This document shows, piece after piece, positions 1 to 21,927 of a stretch of DNA of 64,000 bases. The stretch is from the human T2T-CHM13v2.0 reference genome, Homo sapiens. The stretch is from assembly GCF_009914755.1 (NCBI RefSeq), contig NC_060931.1. One strand, given 5' to 3'. The notes below the pieces were generated by a model. It searched no databases and was not told the origin of the DNA. It was given only the letters and a program-made list of their open reading frames with translations. A program made the position numbers and the translations under genes. Each line of letters begins with the position of its first letter. Positions within the stretch are counted from its first letter, which is position 1.

Positions 1-434
1 TTAATAAAATCTAATATGCATGTTCAAAATCTTTCAATTTTTTTAAATAAAAAGCTGAGATCCTCTGAGTATTCGTTTCTTATTTGCACCCCTTCTTGCT
101 AAACTAGCTTCATTATACTGCTTTTATGTCTCCCTGATGGTAATTTTCTTGTTGCTATTATTACTGTGTATGCTTGGTAGAGAAATTAGATAAATCTTTA
201 AGAAATGAAGAATTTTTTAAATGATCGAAAGCCAAATAACATTTTAATAAAATTCTGGTAAGCAAAGTTTTTAAGTTGTTACATAATTATCTAGTTAACA
301 TTCTTATTTTTAAAATTGTATTTTAAATTTGAAATGTAATGCAATGCATTCATACAACTTAAAACTCAATAGCTCCAAGAGGATATCTAATAGAAGTTAC
401 CAGCCTGGTGTGGTGGCACATGCCTATAGTCCTA

Positions 435-683
<249 letters not shown>

Positions 684-1301
684 TCATGGGGTGAGAGTAT
701 GTTTCATTTTTTATTTTATTTTATTTTATTTTTATTTTTATTTTTTTGAGACGGAGTCTCTGTCACTCAGGCTGGAGTGCACTGGTGTGATCTCGGTGGG
801 ATTACAGGCGTGAGCCACTGTGCCTGGCCTGTTTCGTTTTTTAATAAACTGCCAAACTGCCTTACAAAGTAGTCTTCCATCTTACATTCCCACTAGCAAC
901 GAATGAGTTCCTGTTGCTACACATCCTCTCCAGCATTTGGTGTTGCCAGTGTTCTGGATTTTGGTCATTCTAATAGGTGTGTAGGATGGGCACTGTGACT
1001 CATACCTGTAATCTCAATACTTTGCAAGGCCGAGGTGGAGGACTGCCAGGAGGTTGAGACTGCAGTGAGCTATGATCATACTACTGCACTTCAGCCTTGG
1101 CAACAGAAGGAGATTCTGTCTTTAAAAAACATATCATCCTCATCATAGTTTTTTTTGAGGTATGGTATTATTGTGTTTGCATTTCACTGATGACATATGA
1201 TGCGAAGCATCTTTTTTTCTTTCTTAGAAAAAATCCAGATCCTGCACAAGAAGCATCTTTTCATATGCTTATTTCTCATCTGAATATCTTCTTCGGTGTG
1301 A

Positions 1302-1628
<327 letters not shown>

Positions 1629-1683
1629 TGGTACATTTTTTAATCGGGTGTTTTCTTATTGATGAGTTTTAAGATTCTTTGTC

Positions 1684-1978
<295 letters not shown>

Positions 1979-2244
1979 CTATTTTAGATAATAGTCTTGT
2001 ATCGGATATGTCTTACAAATATTTTCTCCCAATCTGTGGCTTCTCTTTTTATCCACTTGACAGTGTCTTTTGCAGAGCACAAATTTTCAATTTTAAGGAA
2101 GTCCAACTTATTGGTTCTTTCTTTCATGTACCATGCCTTTGGTGTTGTACCTAAAAAGTCACCGCGAAGCCATAGGTCATCTGGATTTAATTCTGTCTTA
2201 TCTTTTAGGTGTTTTCATGCTTTTGCATTGCATTTTATATTTAG

Positions 2245-4412
<2,168 letters not shown>

Positions 4413-4940
4413 AGAATGCTGGAATTCCTTTCACTTCTCATTCCTTTTCTGTTCTTTTTAGAGTAGCTTCTTTAACTCTCTGTAGAGCCCTGTTGATTTC
4501 CTTTGTAATTGGTATGAAGATTTTATACATGTATGAATGTATTATGCATATAATTTTTTGGTGTAATTTCTCTATCCCGTGAGGCCTGGATTATGTTCAG
4601 TTAGTTTGCTGCTGTATACTTAAAACTTAGCATAATGACTGCTAGCATATAGTAGGAGCTCAGTAAACATTTGCTGAAAGAAGGAAGACTCAGAGTATAT
4701 TTTTATTGAAATGATTCACTGATACCAAACTATCTGAATAGTTTGTTCTTTATATCTTTTTATATATACCCTTTAGAAAAAGGTAAAAATGTCCCTGAAC
4801 TATGGCTTATGGGCTGTCAAACTAGCCACATGACATAACGTGATCTTGGAAAAATGGGCCATCTGAGAATACCGCAAATACAAAAAACCTAATTCTGAAA
4901 CATTCAACTGCTATTCCCAACATCCCCACATGGTGTTGGT

Positions 4941-5208
4941 TTTCTTTTTTTTTTTTTTTTTGAGATGGAGTCTCTCTCTGTCGTCCAGGCTGGAGTGCAG
5001 TGGCGTGATATTGGCTCACTGCCAGCTCTGCCTCCTGGGTTCATGCCATTCTCCTGCCTCAGCCTCCTGGGTTGGGACTACAGGCGCCCGCCACCAAGCC
5101 TGGCTAATTTTTAAAAAAATATTTTTAGTAGAGATGGGGTTTCACTGTGTTAGCCAGGATGGTCTCGATCTCCTGACCTCATGATCTGCCTGCCTCGGCC
5201 TCCCAAAG
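4941..5208 (-). mobile_element. AluY-like, 5'-truncated
   Basis: gttagccaggatggtctcgatctcctgacc. Confidence 0.85.
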
Positions 5209-5242
5209 GGTGTTAGTTTTTATGACAATTTAAACATATACA

Positions 5243-5630
<388 letters not shown>

Positions 5631-5917
5631 TTACAGTAATATGACTGGAAGTCATGGGTGAGGGAATAAAACAAACATACACTAAACTGGACAAACAGGT
5701 TTTTGAGTCTATTAGAGTCCAAAGGTGGCAAAGTTATAGTTAAATGAATAGTGCACAAAAATTGCTAAAAGAACAATGATGAGAGGAAGGGGAGTCACTT
5801 ACTGAGAAATATATTTTTGTGAGTAGTAGACATTATATTCTTGACCAAGAGGGTGTAGGACACAGACTGCTGTGTGGCCACAAAGGGGACTAAATTAAAG
5901 AGGATAGATGGATTCTT

Positions 5918-6288
5918 TTTTTTTGGGAGGGAGTCTCACTCTGCTGGAGTGCAGTGGTCCGCCTCCCGGGTTCAAGTGATTCTCCTGCCTCAGCCTCCTG
6001 AGTAGCTGGGATGGATTACAGGCGCCCACCACCACGCCCATCTAATTTTTGTATTTTTAGTAGACACGGGGTTTGACCATGTTGGCCAGGATGGTCTCGA
6101 TCTCTTGACCTCGTGATCCGCCCGCCTCAGTCTCCCAAAGTGCTGGGATTACAGGCGTGAGCCATCGTGCCCGGCCAGACGATAGATGGATTCTTTTTTT
6201 TTTTTTTTTTTTTTGAGCAAATTGAGCTACTTGAGCCTCGGCCTCCCAAAGTGCTGGGATTACTGGCGTCAGCCACTGCACCCAGCCT
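5918..6288 (-). mobile_element. Two stacked antisense Alus (second heavily deleted)
   Basis: Alu consensus flanked by three copies of GATAGA(TG/CA)GATTCTT. Confidence 0.8.
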
Positions 6289-6666
6289 GATAGACAGATT
6301 CTTACAAATCCAATCCCATTACTGAAAAGCAACTCCAAGCACAGGCCCTATAATAATAGGTCAGTAGCATCTTTATCATCCCCATCCATGTACATTCCTT
6401 TCATTTTGCTAACACACTATAAAATAAACATGGAATACATAGTCATAAAACATGGAACTTCAAGACTAAATTCAAGAAACAAAGATTTAAAACAAGGGTA
6501 TATTTTTTTTTACGAATGGCCAGTCCTCTATGACTACCTAACATAATTGCTGCATACTGGACTTCCACATAAGATTTAATTTGAAGAAAGGCTTCTATTA
6601 CTTTAAAAAATGTTAAAACTACCTGTCTAAACAATGGCAAAACTATTACAAATACATGTGGATTTA

Positions 6667-6975
6667 GGCCAGGTGTGGTGGCTCACACCCGTAATCCTAG
6701 CACTTTGGGAAGTTGAGGAGGGCAGATCACTTGAGCCCAGGAGTTTGAGACCAGCCTGGGCAACATGGTGAGACTCCGTCTCTACTAAAAATACAAAAAG
6801 GAGACGGGCGTGGTGGTGGGCACCTGTAATCCCAGCTGCTAAGGAGGCTGACGTGGGAGGATCACCCGAGCCCGGGAGGTTGAGGCTGCGGTGAGCCGTG
6901 ATTGTGACACTGCACTTCAGCCTGCATGACAGAGTTAAGACCCTGTCTCAAACAACAACAATAACAAAACAAAAA
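6667..6975 (+). mobile_element. AluJ-like
   Basis: Alu consensus with TSD acaaatacatgtg on both sides. Confidence 0.9.
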
Positions 6976-7410
6976 CCCACAAATACATGTGTTAAAAAAA
7001 AAGCAGCATTTCAAAATGCTTTGGTTGACTTAACCTAAATAAAGCCAAAAATCATCAAATATTCCATGGCACACAAATATCTAAAATGCAGAAAATATAA
7101 TGCACAAAAATATTTTCTGTATTAATACATTAATTAACATATTGCTGAGTTCTGGATTTTGCTGACTTACAAATAGGCACCAAAGAAGTACATCTGAGTT
7201 TGAGGTGTATCCCTAGCCTTGAAAACTCGATCACAGTGTTTTGTAATCTCAGGCACATGTCTAATGTATGACTTGTATAAAAAGGACAGGTTGTCCTTAA
7301 TACTTGAAGATTAAGTAGCTAGACTAGTGCATGTTTTGCCTATAGCCCTCCCCATGCTGATGAGATACTATTACACTGTTCACAGCTATGATTTCGCTTG
7401 GTAGGACCCC

Positions 7411-7745
7411 ATCTTCAGTCAGTTTGGGCTGGTGTAATAAAGTACCATAAACTGGATAGCTTAAAGACAATTTATTTCTCACAGCTCCGGAGGCCGAATG
7501 TCCAAGATCAGAGTGCCATTGTAGGGTTCTGGTGAGGGCTCTTTTCCAGGCCGACTTCTTGTATCCTCACATGGCAGAAAGGGAGTGAGCTAGCTCTATG
7601 GACTCTTCTTATATGGCACTAATCCCATCCACGAGGGTTCCACTCTCATGACCTATTACCTCCCAAAGACCCCATCTCCAAAACCCATCACATTGGGAAT
7701 TAGGTTTCAACATATGAACAGGAAGGGAAACATACATCCATAACC
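7411..7745 (-). mobile_element. MaLR solo LTR (MLT1A/MST-like)
   Basis: agtaccataaactggatagctt...tttatttctcacagctccggaggc...tccaagatca and ...aggtttcaacatatgaa. Confidence 0.75.
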
Positions 7746-7964
7746 AGCCATATTTTTGCTTTTGACTCCACTTCTGCCTAATGGGATTAAATGATACTTT
7801 TTTTCTTAAATGTAAATATTTTTTGCCTATAACTGTTGCATATCACCATCCTGTCTTGAGTTAAAGATAAAATATTTCCCAATTTCTTCAACCTTTAACA
7901 TAAACTGTACTACAAATGTAAACAAATTGTTTTCCCACCACAATGGCTTTAAAAAGTAGAATAA

Positions 7965-8145
<181 letters not shown>

Positions 8146-8200
8146 TAGTACCATGCCAGCTTAATTTTTTAATTAATTTTAATTTTTAGTAGAGAAAAGG

Positions 8201-8557
8201 TGATATGGTTTGGCTTTGTCCCACTCAAATCTCATCTTCAATTGTAGCTCCCAGAACTCCCACATGTGGTGGGAGGGACCCGGTGGGAACTGAATCATGG
8301 GGACGCTTTCCCCATACTGTTCTCATGGTAGTGAATAAGTCTCACGAGATCTGATGATTTTATAAGGGGTTTCCCTTCTCACTTGGCTCTCATTTCTCTT
8401 TTGTCTGCCGCCACCTAAGACATGCCTTTCACCTTCCGCCATGATTGAGGCCTCTCCAGCCACATGGAACCGTGAGTCCATTAAACCTCTTTTTCCTTAT
8501 AAATTACCCAGTCTTGGGTATGTCTTTATCAGCAGCATGAGAACGAACTAATATACA
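8201..8557 (+). mobile_element. THE1-type MaLR solo LTR inserted within an antisense AluJ (8004-8200 and 8558-8650)
   Basis: Begins TGATATGGTTTGGCT, has ATTAAA at ~8480, and ends ...agcagcatgagaacgaactaatataca. Confidence 0.9.
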
Positions 8558-8776
8558 AGGGCTGATCTCAAACTCCTGACCTCAAGCAATCCTCCTACCT
8601 TGGCATCCCAAAGTATTGGGATTACAGGCGTGAACTACTGCACCTGGCCTAAGGTCAATTCTTGAATACAGAGACTGAGTAAAGATAGGACGTTGATAAT
8701 TTGGACTCTTAAACATAAACCAACTCTTTAAAGCCTTTACATCATCTCATCAGTGTTGCCTGAAGTTTTTGACCAA

Positions 8777-9730
<954 letters not shown>

Positions 9731-9747
9731 ACCATATTATGTCTATA

Positions 9748-9757
9748 TTTATTTATT
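9748..9757 (-). terminator. Overlapping AATAAA polyadenylation signals, candidate APTR 3' end
   Basis: Plus-strand tttatttatt reads AATAAATAAA on minus. It lies downstream of a candidate last-exon acceptor ttgttgtctag| at 10371/10370. Confidence 0.35.
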
Positions 9758-9929
9758 TATAAATTATTTGGATCCAGTACTATAATAACAATTACACACA
9801 TTGTAACTCCTACACAATTTGAAATTTTCAAGTTAAGACAAAGGTAACTATATATAGAAGCAGTATGTTTTCTGAACCCTTACAGATTGTTTTGCACACT
9901 CCTGGATTACACACATCTCATCAATCTCA

Positions 9930-10480
9930 AGAATAAAATCAAAGTCTTTGGCTTGACAGCCTTCCACAATCTGACCTCTGTTTTCTCGCCAGCCTCATCT
10001 CCTGTCATTCACAACATTTCCAGCATTCCAACCAGTCTGAACTTTTGCAGTTTCCCACGTGCGCTAGGCTCTTTCTTCATCAGCATCTCTATGCATGCTG
10101 TCTCCTGCTACTGGAATGCCCTCATTCTCGTTGCTTCCTGTGAACACGTGGTAAACTCCAATCATCTTCTGAAACTCGGCTCAAACGTCATCTCCCCTGG
10201 GGAGCCTTCACTGACTGCCCTGGGCAGCATGAAGCATTTTGTCAGTGCCCCGTAGCACCGTGGTCATATCTTTATTATTGCAAATTTCTGTTTCCACATA
10301 TAATGTCAGGTGGAACCGATAGCTGGCTTACAAAAACAATGCAATTTCAGGTGGTTCTACTTAACATTCCCTAGACAACAAGTTCACTGAGAGCAGGGAC
10401 TGTGTTTTATTTATTTTATATTTCCAGTCCCTAAAATGGAGTTTGGCATAAAGTAAATGCTTAATACAGGCTTTCTGAAA
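9930..10480 (+). mobile_element. L2 3' fragments
   Basis: ctggaatgccctc..., ctgagagcagggactgtgttttattt...tggcataaagtaaatgcttaata. Confidence 0.55.
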
Positions 10481-11087
10481 TTAAGGAAAAGCTTACTCTA
10501 GCACTACAGTCTACTTGCAGATTTTCCTTTTTGAGAACGGGGTAGTAAATTGATGTCTTCTATAACAATAACTATTAACTATTACTTAAATTTTCTTTGA
10601 CTTTATTTAGCTTAACATTATTTTAAACAATTCCTTCCCCTCTTTGTTTGCTTCTGTATATGTGATAAAATATCTTCAAAAAATATACTCTTTTTGTTTG
10701 TTTGTTTTTAATTGGTGACTGGGGTTTCACTATGTTGCCCAGGTTGGGCTCAAGCAATTCTCTTGCTTCAGCTTACTGGGCAGTTGGGAATATAAGCATT
10801 TGCCACTGTGCCTGGCCTTATTTTTTAAAAATACAGAAAAATCAGGAAGAAGGTACCTAAGTACTGTTTTGTAACCAATACCAAAGTATTTCACAATTTT
10901 ACTGTCTTACTTTCAAAATATTTTAATCCTTCCAATGAGAATTACACGTAATCATAAGTAGGAATATAAATAGGAAAGCTAAAGAGATTAGTTGAGTAAA
11001 ATGAATATGACATTTAAAATTCTAACAATTATTTAGTAACAGCAAAGGTAAATCTAATTCCCAAATTTCAAGTGTCCCTAATATTAC

Positions 11088-11216
11088 CTGTTTTGAAGAA
11101 AAGCTGTGATACCGGCAACAGTGTTTAAGTATCACACGGGTAGTTAAAAGGCAAGTTGGTCCTATCTGACATGTGGAAATGGCCAGCTCAAGTTAGAAGG
11201 CAGTACCTGGTGAAAC
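11088..11216 (-). ncRNA. APTR: Candidate APTR internal exon (129 nt, non-repetitive)
   Basis: Minus strand: ttttgacttcctgctcattcctcacag|GTTTCACC...AAAACAG|gtaata, giving a branch-like TGAC, pyrimidine tract, AG and GT. Confidence 0.6.
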
Positions 11217-11652
11217 CTGTGAGGAATGAGCAGGAAGTCAAAATGGTTACGTAAACATTTTTCACTCTTCCTCATTAAAGCCCTTAAGTTAACAAAAGGT
11301 ATTTACTGACTCCTCAGCATGCCAAGGCAGTCAAGAGCAACACTTTACACAATCTGGCTCTCACCCATTTTAGAGAGCCCTCTCCTTTGACGGCACTTCG
11401 TGTCCCTTATCCTTGAACCACAGTGAACTTCTCATAAACAATACCACATTGAGTGTGTCATTACTCTCATCTCTTTCCAAATGCTTGTTCCTCAGCCTAG
11501 AAAGTCTTTCCCCATGTTCTTTGCTTACTAATCTCATTATATTATTAATTACATTGTCACACAGTGCTGGGCCCATTGTAGACACTTAATACTGTTTGAC
11601 TGTCATCAGTAATAAATAGGATCACAGTCTTGAACAACAGAGCAACACAGTC

Positions 11653-11808
11653 TTTTTTTTTATTATACTTTAAGTTTTAGGGTACATGTGCAAAATGTGC
11701 AGGTTTGTTACATATGTATACATGTGCCATCTTGGTGTGCTGCACCCATTAACTTGTCATTTAGCATTAGGTATATCTCCCAATGCTATCCCTCCCACCT
11801 CACCCCAA
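11653..11808 (-). mobile_element. Short 5'-truncated L1PA 3' end with 12-bp TSD
   Basis: ttattatactttaagttttagggtacatgtgca... L1PA 3'UTR. TSD CAACACAGTCTT (11643-11654) / CAACATAGTCTT (11809-11820). Confidence 0.9.
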
Positions 11809-12039
11809 CAACATAGTCTTAAACAACAGATTATTTGGAAACAGATCTTGTGATTAAAGTTAACTCCATGAGGACAGAGACCATGTCTGCCATATCTCTT
11901 GCTATATTCTAGCACTTAGCCTAGTGCCTGGCAACAGGTAGGTGTTAAGTATTTACTGACTAAACACTTAATATACGTGAAAAATAAGAAAAAGTAGACT
12001 TATTGGGTTAGCTTTAAAAGTTAAATAAAAGAGTGGTTA

Positions 12040-12367
<328 letters not shown>

Positions 12368-13868
12368 TTAGCTGTTTTAATTATTCATCTATTTTCAAAC
12401 TAATGGTATAGAAGTAGTTATTAATTTGAGGGGAATCAAGAAGAGCCAGCACTTGAATCTGAGGCAAAATATGTATTAGGATAGCATCATATTGTTACCT
12501 CAAGGCACATAAATCATACAGACAAGCTTTTCAAAGCAGAATCTGCAAAATTAAAATTATGAAATAACTTTGTGACAGTCATAGTTTTGTACTTTGTTGG
12601 CTCTACTGGCATGTGCAGTATTTGTACAAAACTGCACTCTTCTAACTGTGGGTTATCAGTTATCAGGAACCCGATCCTGTAAAAACTAATCTACTCCTGG
12701 ATAATGGCATTAATCCTTTCATGAGGGCGGAGCCCTCATAACCTAATCACCTCTTAAAGGTCCCACCTCTGAACACTGTTGCATTAGAGATTAAGTTTCT
12801 AACCCATGAACTCTGGGGGACACACAACTTTCGGGGACACATTCAAACCTGTTCTTTTCTATGAGATAAAAGCACTGGAATCTACCAGCACTCTAAGAAA
12901 CACTGCATCTTTTTTGAATGCCTATTTTCTAAACATAAAACTTAAATTAACTTAAACTTCTAAAGAGCCCTGACCAATGTCTGGATTTAACATTTTGATG
13001 CTTTAGACTTCTGCTTCCTCTTGCAAAATAGGATATATTAGAAAGAAAACTGGTGTAGAGTCAGAATAAACATGAAATTCCAGCTCAGTTTTGAAAAATG
13101 CCTTGGAAAGCTTTGTAGAACTGGGATGATGCATAACACCCACAAACATAAGAGATACACAAGGCACTCAGTAAACACTATCCTCTTAACCACAAGTGGT
13201 CTGACAGTGTGGCTCAAACTATGAAGCCAAGAATGGTTATTCTGGAGGTTATTCACTGTTCAAAAAGAAAGTAAAGGATAGTAAAGAAAATTAACAAATT
13301 ACGTACAGGGCTGCATTTGCAATTCAGACATTCTATGAGTCTATCATTTTTCCTTACATTTCTTTGCCAGACCTAGGCTTCAAGGTGTGGATAAATACAC
13401 TTTACTCTCTACCTACCAGTTCTTACCTAAAATAGCTTCCTCTTCCTGGAGAATTGACTGGAACCACAAACCTTTTTTTTTTTTTTAAACAACCACAAAA
13501 CTTAAGCTTTTCTTTTCAGAGATTTATATTATTGAATAAGGCTCCTGATACACATTTTATAGGCCTCCTATCCCTTTCTTAAAATAAGTATCAAAATGAG
13601 CTGATGTTCTTCCATATGAAAATTCTGGCAGCATAATTAACCCCAGGAGAGACATTTATGGATAGTTTCTATTTACTCTATTTGGCCCCTTTTACTCTCT
13701 CTACCTTTTGCTTCCTGCTGTGTGGCTGCTAATGGCTCTTCAGTGAAGCCTTTAAGCAGTGGCTGATGCCTGTACTACAATTTTCAACTTTATTTTCCCC
13801 CAGTTTGCTCTCCTTAAGTACACATTCAAACTGGAAAGAAGACTGTGGTTGAGCAAGTGGTTAGGCTA

Positions 13869-14399
<531 letters not shown>

Positions 14400-14664
14400 T
14401 CACTGCTATCCCTAAGAGAAAGAAGGGCAAGCAACTTTTTTTTTTCTTAGCTAGATACTTTGCAATCTCAATGAATTAAGGGATCAGGTAATAAGGAAGA
14501 AGGGAGAAACAGATACTTGGCAGGAAATGAGCAGTCTCTGTCATAGATATGCTGAGTTTTAAGTGCTGACATATCTGTGGAAGATGTGGAGTAGTTAGAT
14601 CACAAACACAGAGGAGCAGTCAGGTTTAGAGATATAAATTGGGGAGCCATTAACAAAAAAAAAA

Positions 14665-15457
<793 letters not shown>

Positions 15458-15566
15458 TACTAGAGTATGGACTACACTGGAACTGACAGCATGAAAGTTT
15501 AAAGGTTTCAGGTTTTCTGAAAGCAGAGTACCAGCCTTTATAACTGGCCAGTGATTGATTGATTCA

Positions 15567-16267
<701 letters not shown>

Positions 16268-16880
16268 AGAAATGTCTTTAAGGTTAGTACATGGCTGCAT
16301 AAAGTACAAGGGTCAAATAACTGCTTTCTTTATACAAGGGGATCAGGAACCTGGACAAGGCCAGAGGGATAGTACATGTGCAGAGTGAAAATACAGTTCA
16401 GCTCAGAAAGGCAGAAGGATGTCACGTGCAGAGAAACCAGATTCTAGGTTGTACAGAGGACAGCTCTAAGCACTGCGAACACACATTTGTTATGGCTGGA
16501 AGTTTGAATATATTCGATTAGCATCTATTCCAGCAACGGACAAAGACAGGGTTGTGAATTAAAATAAACAAAACTCTCAAAACGATCTTAACAAAACGAA
16601 GCTACTCCTTTCTAGATCAGAAGTCAGCCTGCTAGTCTGTGGGTTATAACTGACTCACAGATGTTTGTTTGGCTTGCATGGTGTTTTAGGAAACTTCCCA
16701 TTAAAAAATCTATATATTTAGCAAGTAGGACCACTATTTCCATAAGGGAACGAGCAGCGAGAGCTGAGAAACACAAATGTATATTGTAGAAAACACATCA
16801 TATTCCCAGTTTTCTATAGTACCCTCCACTTCCTGTGATCTCACATTCAACCTGACTCTGACTTATTATTTTTTACCCAT

Positions 16881-17760
<880 letters not shown>

Positions 17761-17761
17761 C

Positions 17762-18081
17762 GGCTGGCTATGCTGGCTCATGTCTGTAATCCCAGCACTT
17801 TGGGAGACCGTGGTGGTCAGAGTGTTTGAGCCCAGGAGTTCTCGACCAGCCTGGGCAACAACATGGCGAAACCCTGTCTCTACAAAAATACAAAAATTAG
17901 CTAGGTATGGTGGCAAATGCCTTAGTCCCAGCTACTCGGGAGGCTGAGGTGGGGGGAATGCTTGAGCCCAGGAGGTCAAGGCTGCAGCGAGCTGTGAAGC
18001 TGCCACTGCACTGTAGCCTGGGTGATAGAGCTGAGACCTGACCTCAAAAAAAAAAAAAAAAAAGAAAAAAGAAAAAAAAAA
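17762..18081 (+). mobile_element. AluJ-like
   Basis: Alu consensus with long A-rich tail. Confidence 0.85.
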
Positions 18082-18635
18082 GGTGGAGAAGCAGGGTGTA
18101 GGGTAGGTAGGGTAGTATGCTTTCGGTAGAGCTGTTACAGAGAATGAAATGGAAAAGGAAGCAAGAGATAACCAGTGAGTCAACAACACCAATGACTGAA
18201 AAGCAAAAAGGAATGGAGATGAGAAAAGGCACGTCGCGTTCAACAGGTCCAAGGTCCAAGAGTACCTGAAACTTGTCACTCTTCCACTGTTTCTTGGCTC
18301 AGGGAATGGTACCACTGCCAAGTTTTGCTGGTTAGAAATATAGAAGGTATTCATGATATCTGCCTCCCTTATGTTCATTATCCAAATCATCACATAGGCA
18401 ACAGCCAAAGGAAAAAGCACGTCAAGTAGAGAGAATCACATATGCAATGTTTCTATGTTGAAAGACAACATGGTGGGTTCTGGAGATTAAAGACCTGTTA
18501 GTTTGAAATAGAAGAAGGGGATAGTTCATGAAAGGTCTTACAGGACACATTAAGGATTTTGTTTTTTGTCCCGAGAGCAATGAAAGCCATTGACTTCAGG
18601 TCTGAAGCAAGGCAAGAGAGATGGTCAGATCCAGG

Positions 18636-18945
18636 TTTTTTCGTTTTCGTTTTTTTTTTTTTTTTGAGACAGAGTCTCATTCTGTCGCCCAGGCTGGAGT
18701 GCAGTGGCGTGATCTTGGCTCGCTGCAACCTCCGTCTCCCAGATTCAAGCGATTCTCTACCACAGCCTCCCGAGTAGCTGGACTACAAGGACGTGCCACC
18801 ATGCCCAGCTAATTTTTGTATTTTTAGTAGAGACAAAGTTTCACCATGTTGGCTAGGCTGGTCTCAAACTCCTGACCTCAGGTGATCTGCCTGCCTCGGC
18901 CTCCCAAAGTGCTGGGATTACAGGCATGAGCCACTGTACCCGGCC
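18636..18945 (-). mobile_element. AluS
   Basis: Antisense Alu consensus. Confidence 0.9.
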
Positions 18946-19149
18946 AAGGTTTTGAAAAGAGCTTTCTAGCTGTAGAATGGAAAACCTATATGAGATTATA
19001 AAGAGATTATGCTAAAAGAAATTGGTGATAGTGGTAGAAAACCTCTGCCAGTTAAGTGTTGACAAGAATAATCTAGTTGAAAGGGAATGGCTAATTACAC
19101 AGCACAGAAAAGAGATAGTTGCGCATGTTTTAATAACAGACAAGTCCTG

Positions 19150-19612
19150 TCTTTAGATCTGGGTAAGGGGCCTCTGTTTACTTGGCCCTCCTCTTGCTGT
19201 AAAGAACAAGGAGCCCATGAGGTCAGGGGCCATGTCTGCCTGGAGCCTGCCCTCCTCTTTTAGACTGGCTAGATCTGAGGGCAGAGTGAGCTGCCGATTG
19301 TACATCACCATTTGCGGAGTAGGGGGATGTGGACATACACCTGGACATGTTGGGTGCATGTATGGCCTTTCCGTGTGGCAGGTGAACTTGGGGATGGGAG
19401 GAGAATGGGGTCAGTGTGGGGACTCTAAGAACTCTAAATTCAAACATGGACTTCCAGATCATATGAAAGTGGATCTGTCAAGGTAGTAGAATAGAATGTA
19501 TTTTATATAATAGTTTGTTATCTTGATTTATTTTTTAAATATTTAGACAGATGGTGTGTGGACCTCTATAGCCACACTCTTGCTTAGGCTCTACAAATTA
19601 AGTGCCAGGCCT
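19150..19612 (+). mobile_element. MER96B-like hAT DNA transposon relic
   Basis: ctctaaattcaaac...tgtcaaggtag...agtttgttatcttgattt...aaatatttagacagatggtgtgtggacctc resembles the MER96B consensus as I recall it. Confidence 0.5.
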
Positions 19613-20155
19613 AATAACAGTGCATGAAAGTATAATGTAATGCAAGGAGTAACAAATTCATGCAGGCAAGGGTGTAGTTTAACTGGGCTCTTAAGAAGTC
19701 CGATTTTCCAGACCTGTGTGCTAGAGATTAGAGAATGAGTGGTGCAAGTTTCCAGGCACTACATTAATGTATGTTAGAGACACTTTTCTAGATCAGGAGG
19801 GCCAACAATTAAAAAATGAATTCAATTGTAATGGTTTCGGTGTGATTTTGAAAAGCTTCTTGAATATGGCATAAGTTGAGTGTGGAAGGGACCTTAGTGA
19901 TCACGTAATCAAATATGCTAACTCAACAGGTAAGAAAACGGAGGTCCTAACAAGTGAAGCAGCCTGACTAAGGTCACGAAACTAGTGCGTTAGCAGATGA
20001 TTTCCAGCCTAATCCACTCAGTCCACTCTCCCACCAATGCTAATTTTCTTGAAGACATCTGCTGCCAGTCAATTCCAATTAGAAAGTTTTCATGTTACAT
20101 ATTAAATACTGTTATTACTTTAAAAAATTTGAGGCACATAAAAATAAGTCCATAA

Positions 20156-21319
<1,164 letters not shown>

Positions 21320-21349
21320 TATAATAATTATTATAAAATTCAAATCTTA

Positions 21350-21683
<334 letters not shown>

Positions 21684-21804
21684 TCAAAAGTCTCCAAAGG
21701 GAGACTCTCACCTTCAAGCTTGTAAGTAATACTAAAGTTCTAGATTTGCTGGAAGTTATCTCCTTCAATGGATTACAGCACATGATCTAGCAATAATAAC
21801 GTAC

Positions 21805-21927
21805 CTTGTCACCACATCGAATGATTTTGAACACTTCCCATCAATCGACTACCGACTAACAAAAAGAAGGACTTGATTCCCGGCAATTTTTTCTCTTCTG
21901 AACTGAGCATTCCCGAAATCCAGCTTG
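21805..21927 (-). ncRNA. APTR: Candidate APTR 5' exon segment
   Basis: Minus-strand donor AAG|GTACGT at 21805/21804. Candidate acceptors are ...gcgttcag| at 21927 (long pyrimidine tract upstream) and ccttctttttgttag| at 21855. Confidence 0.5.
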
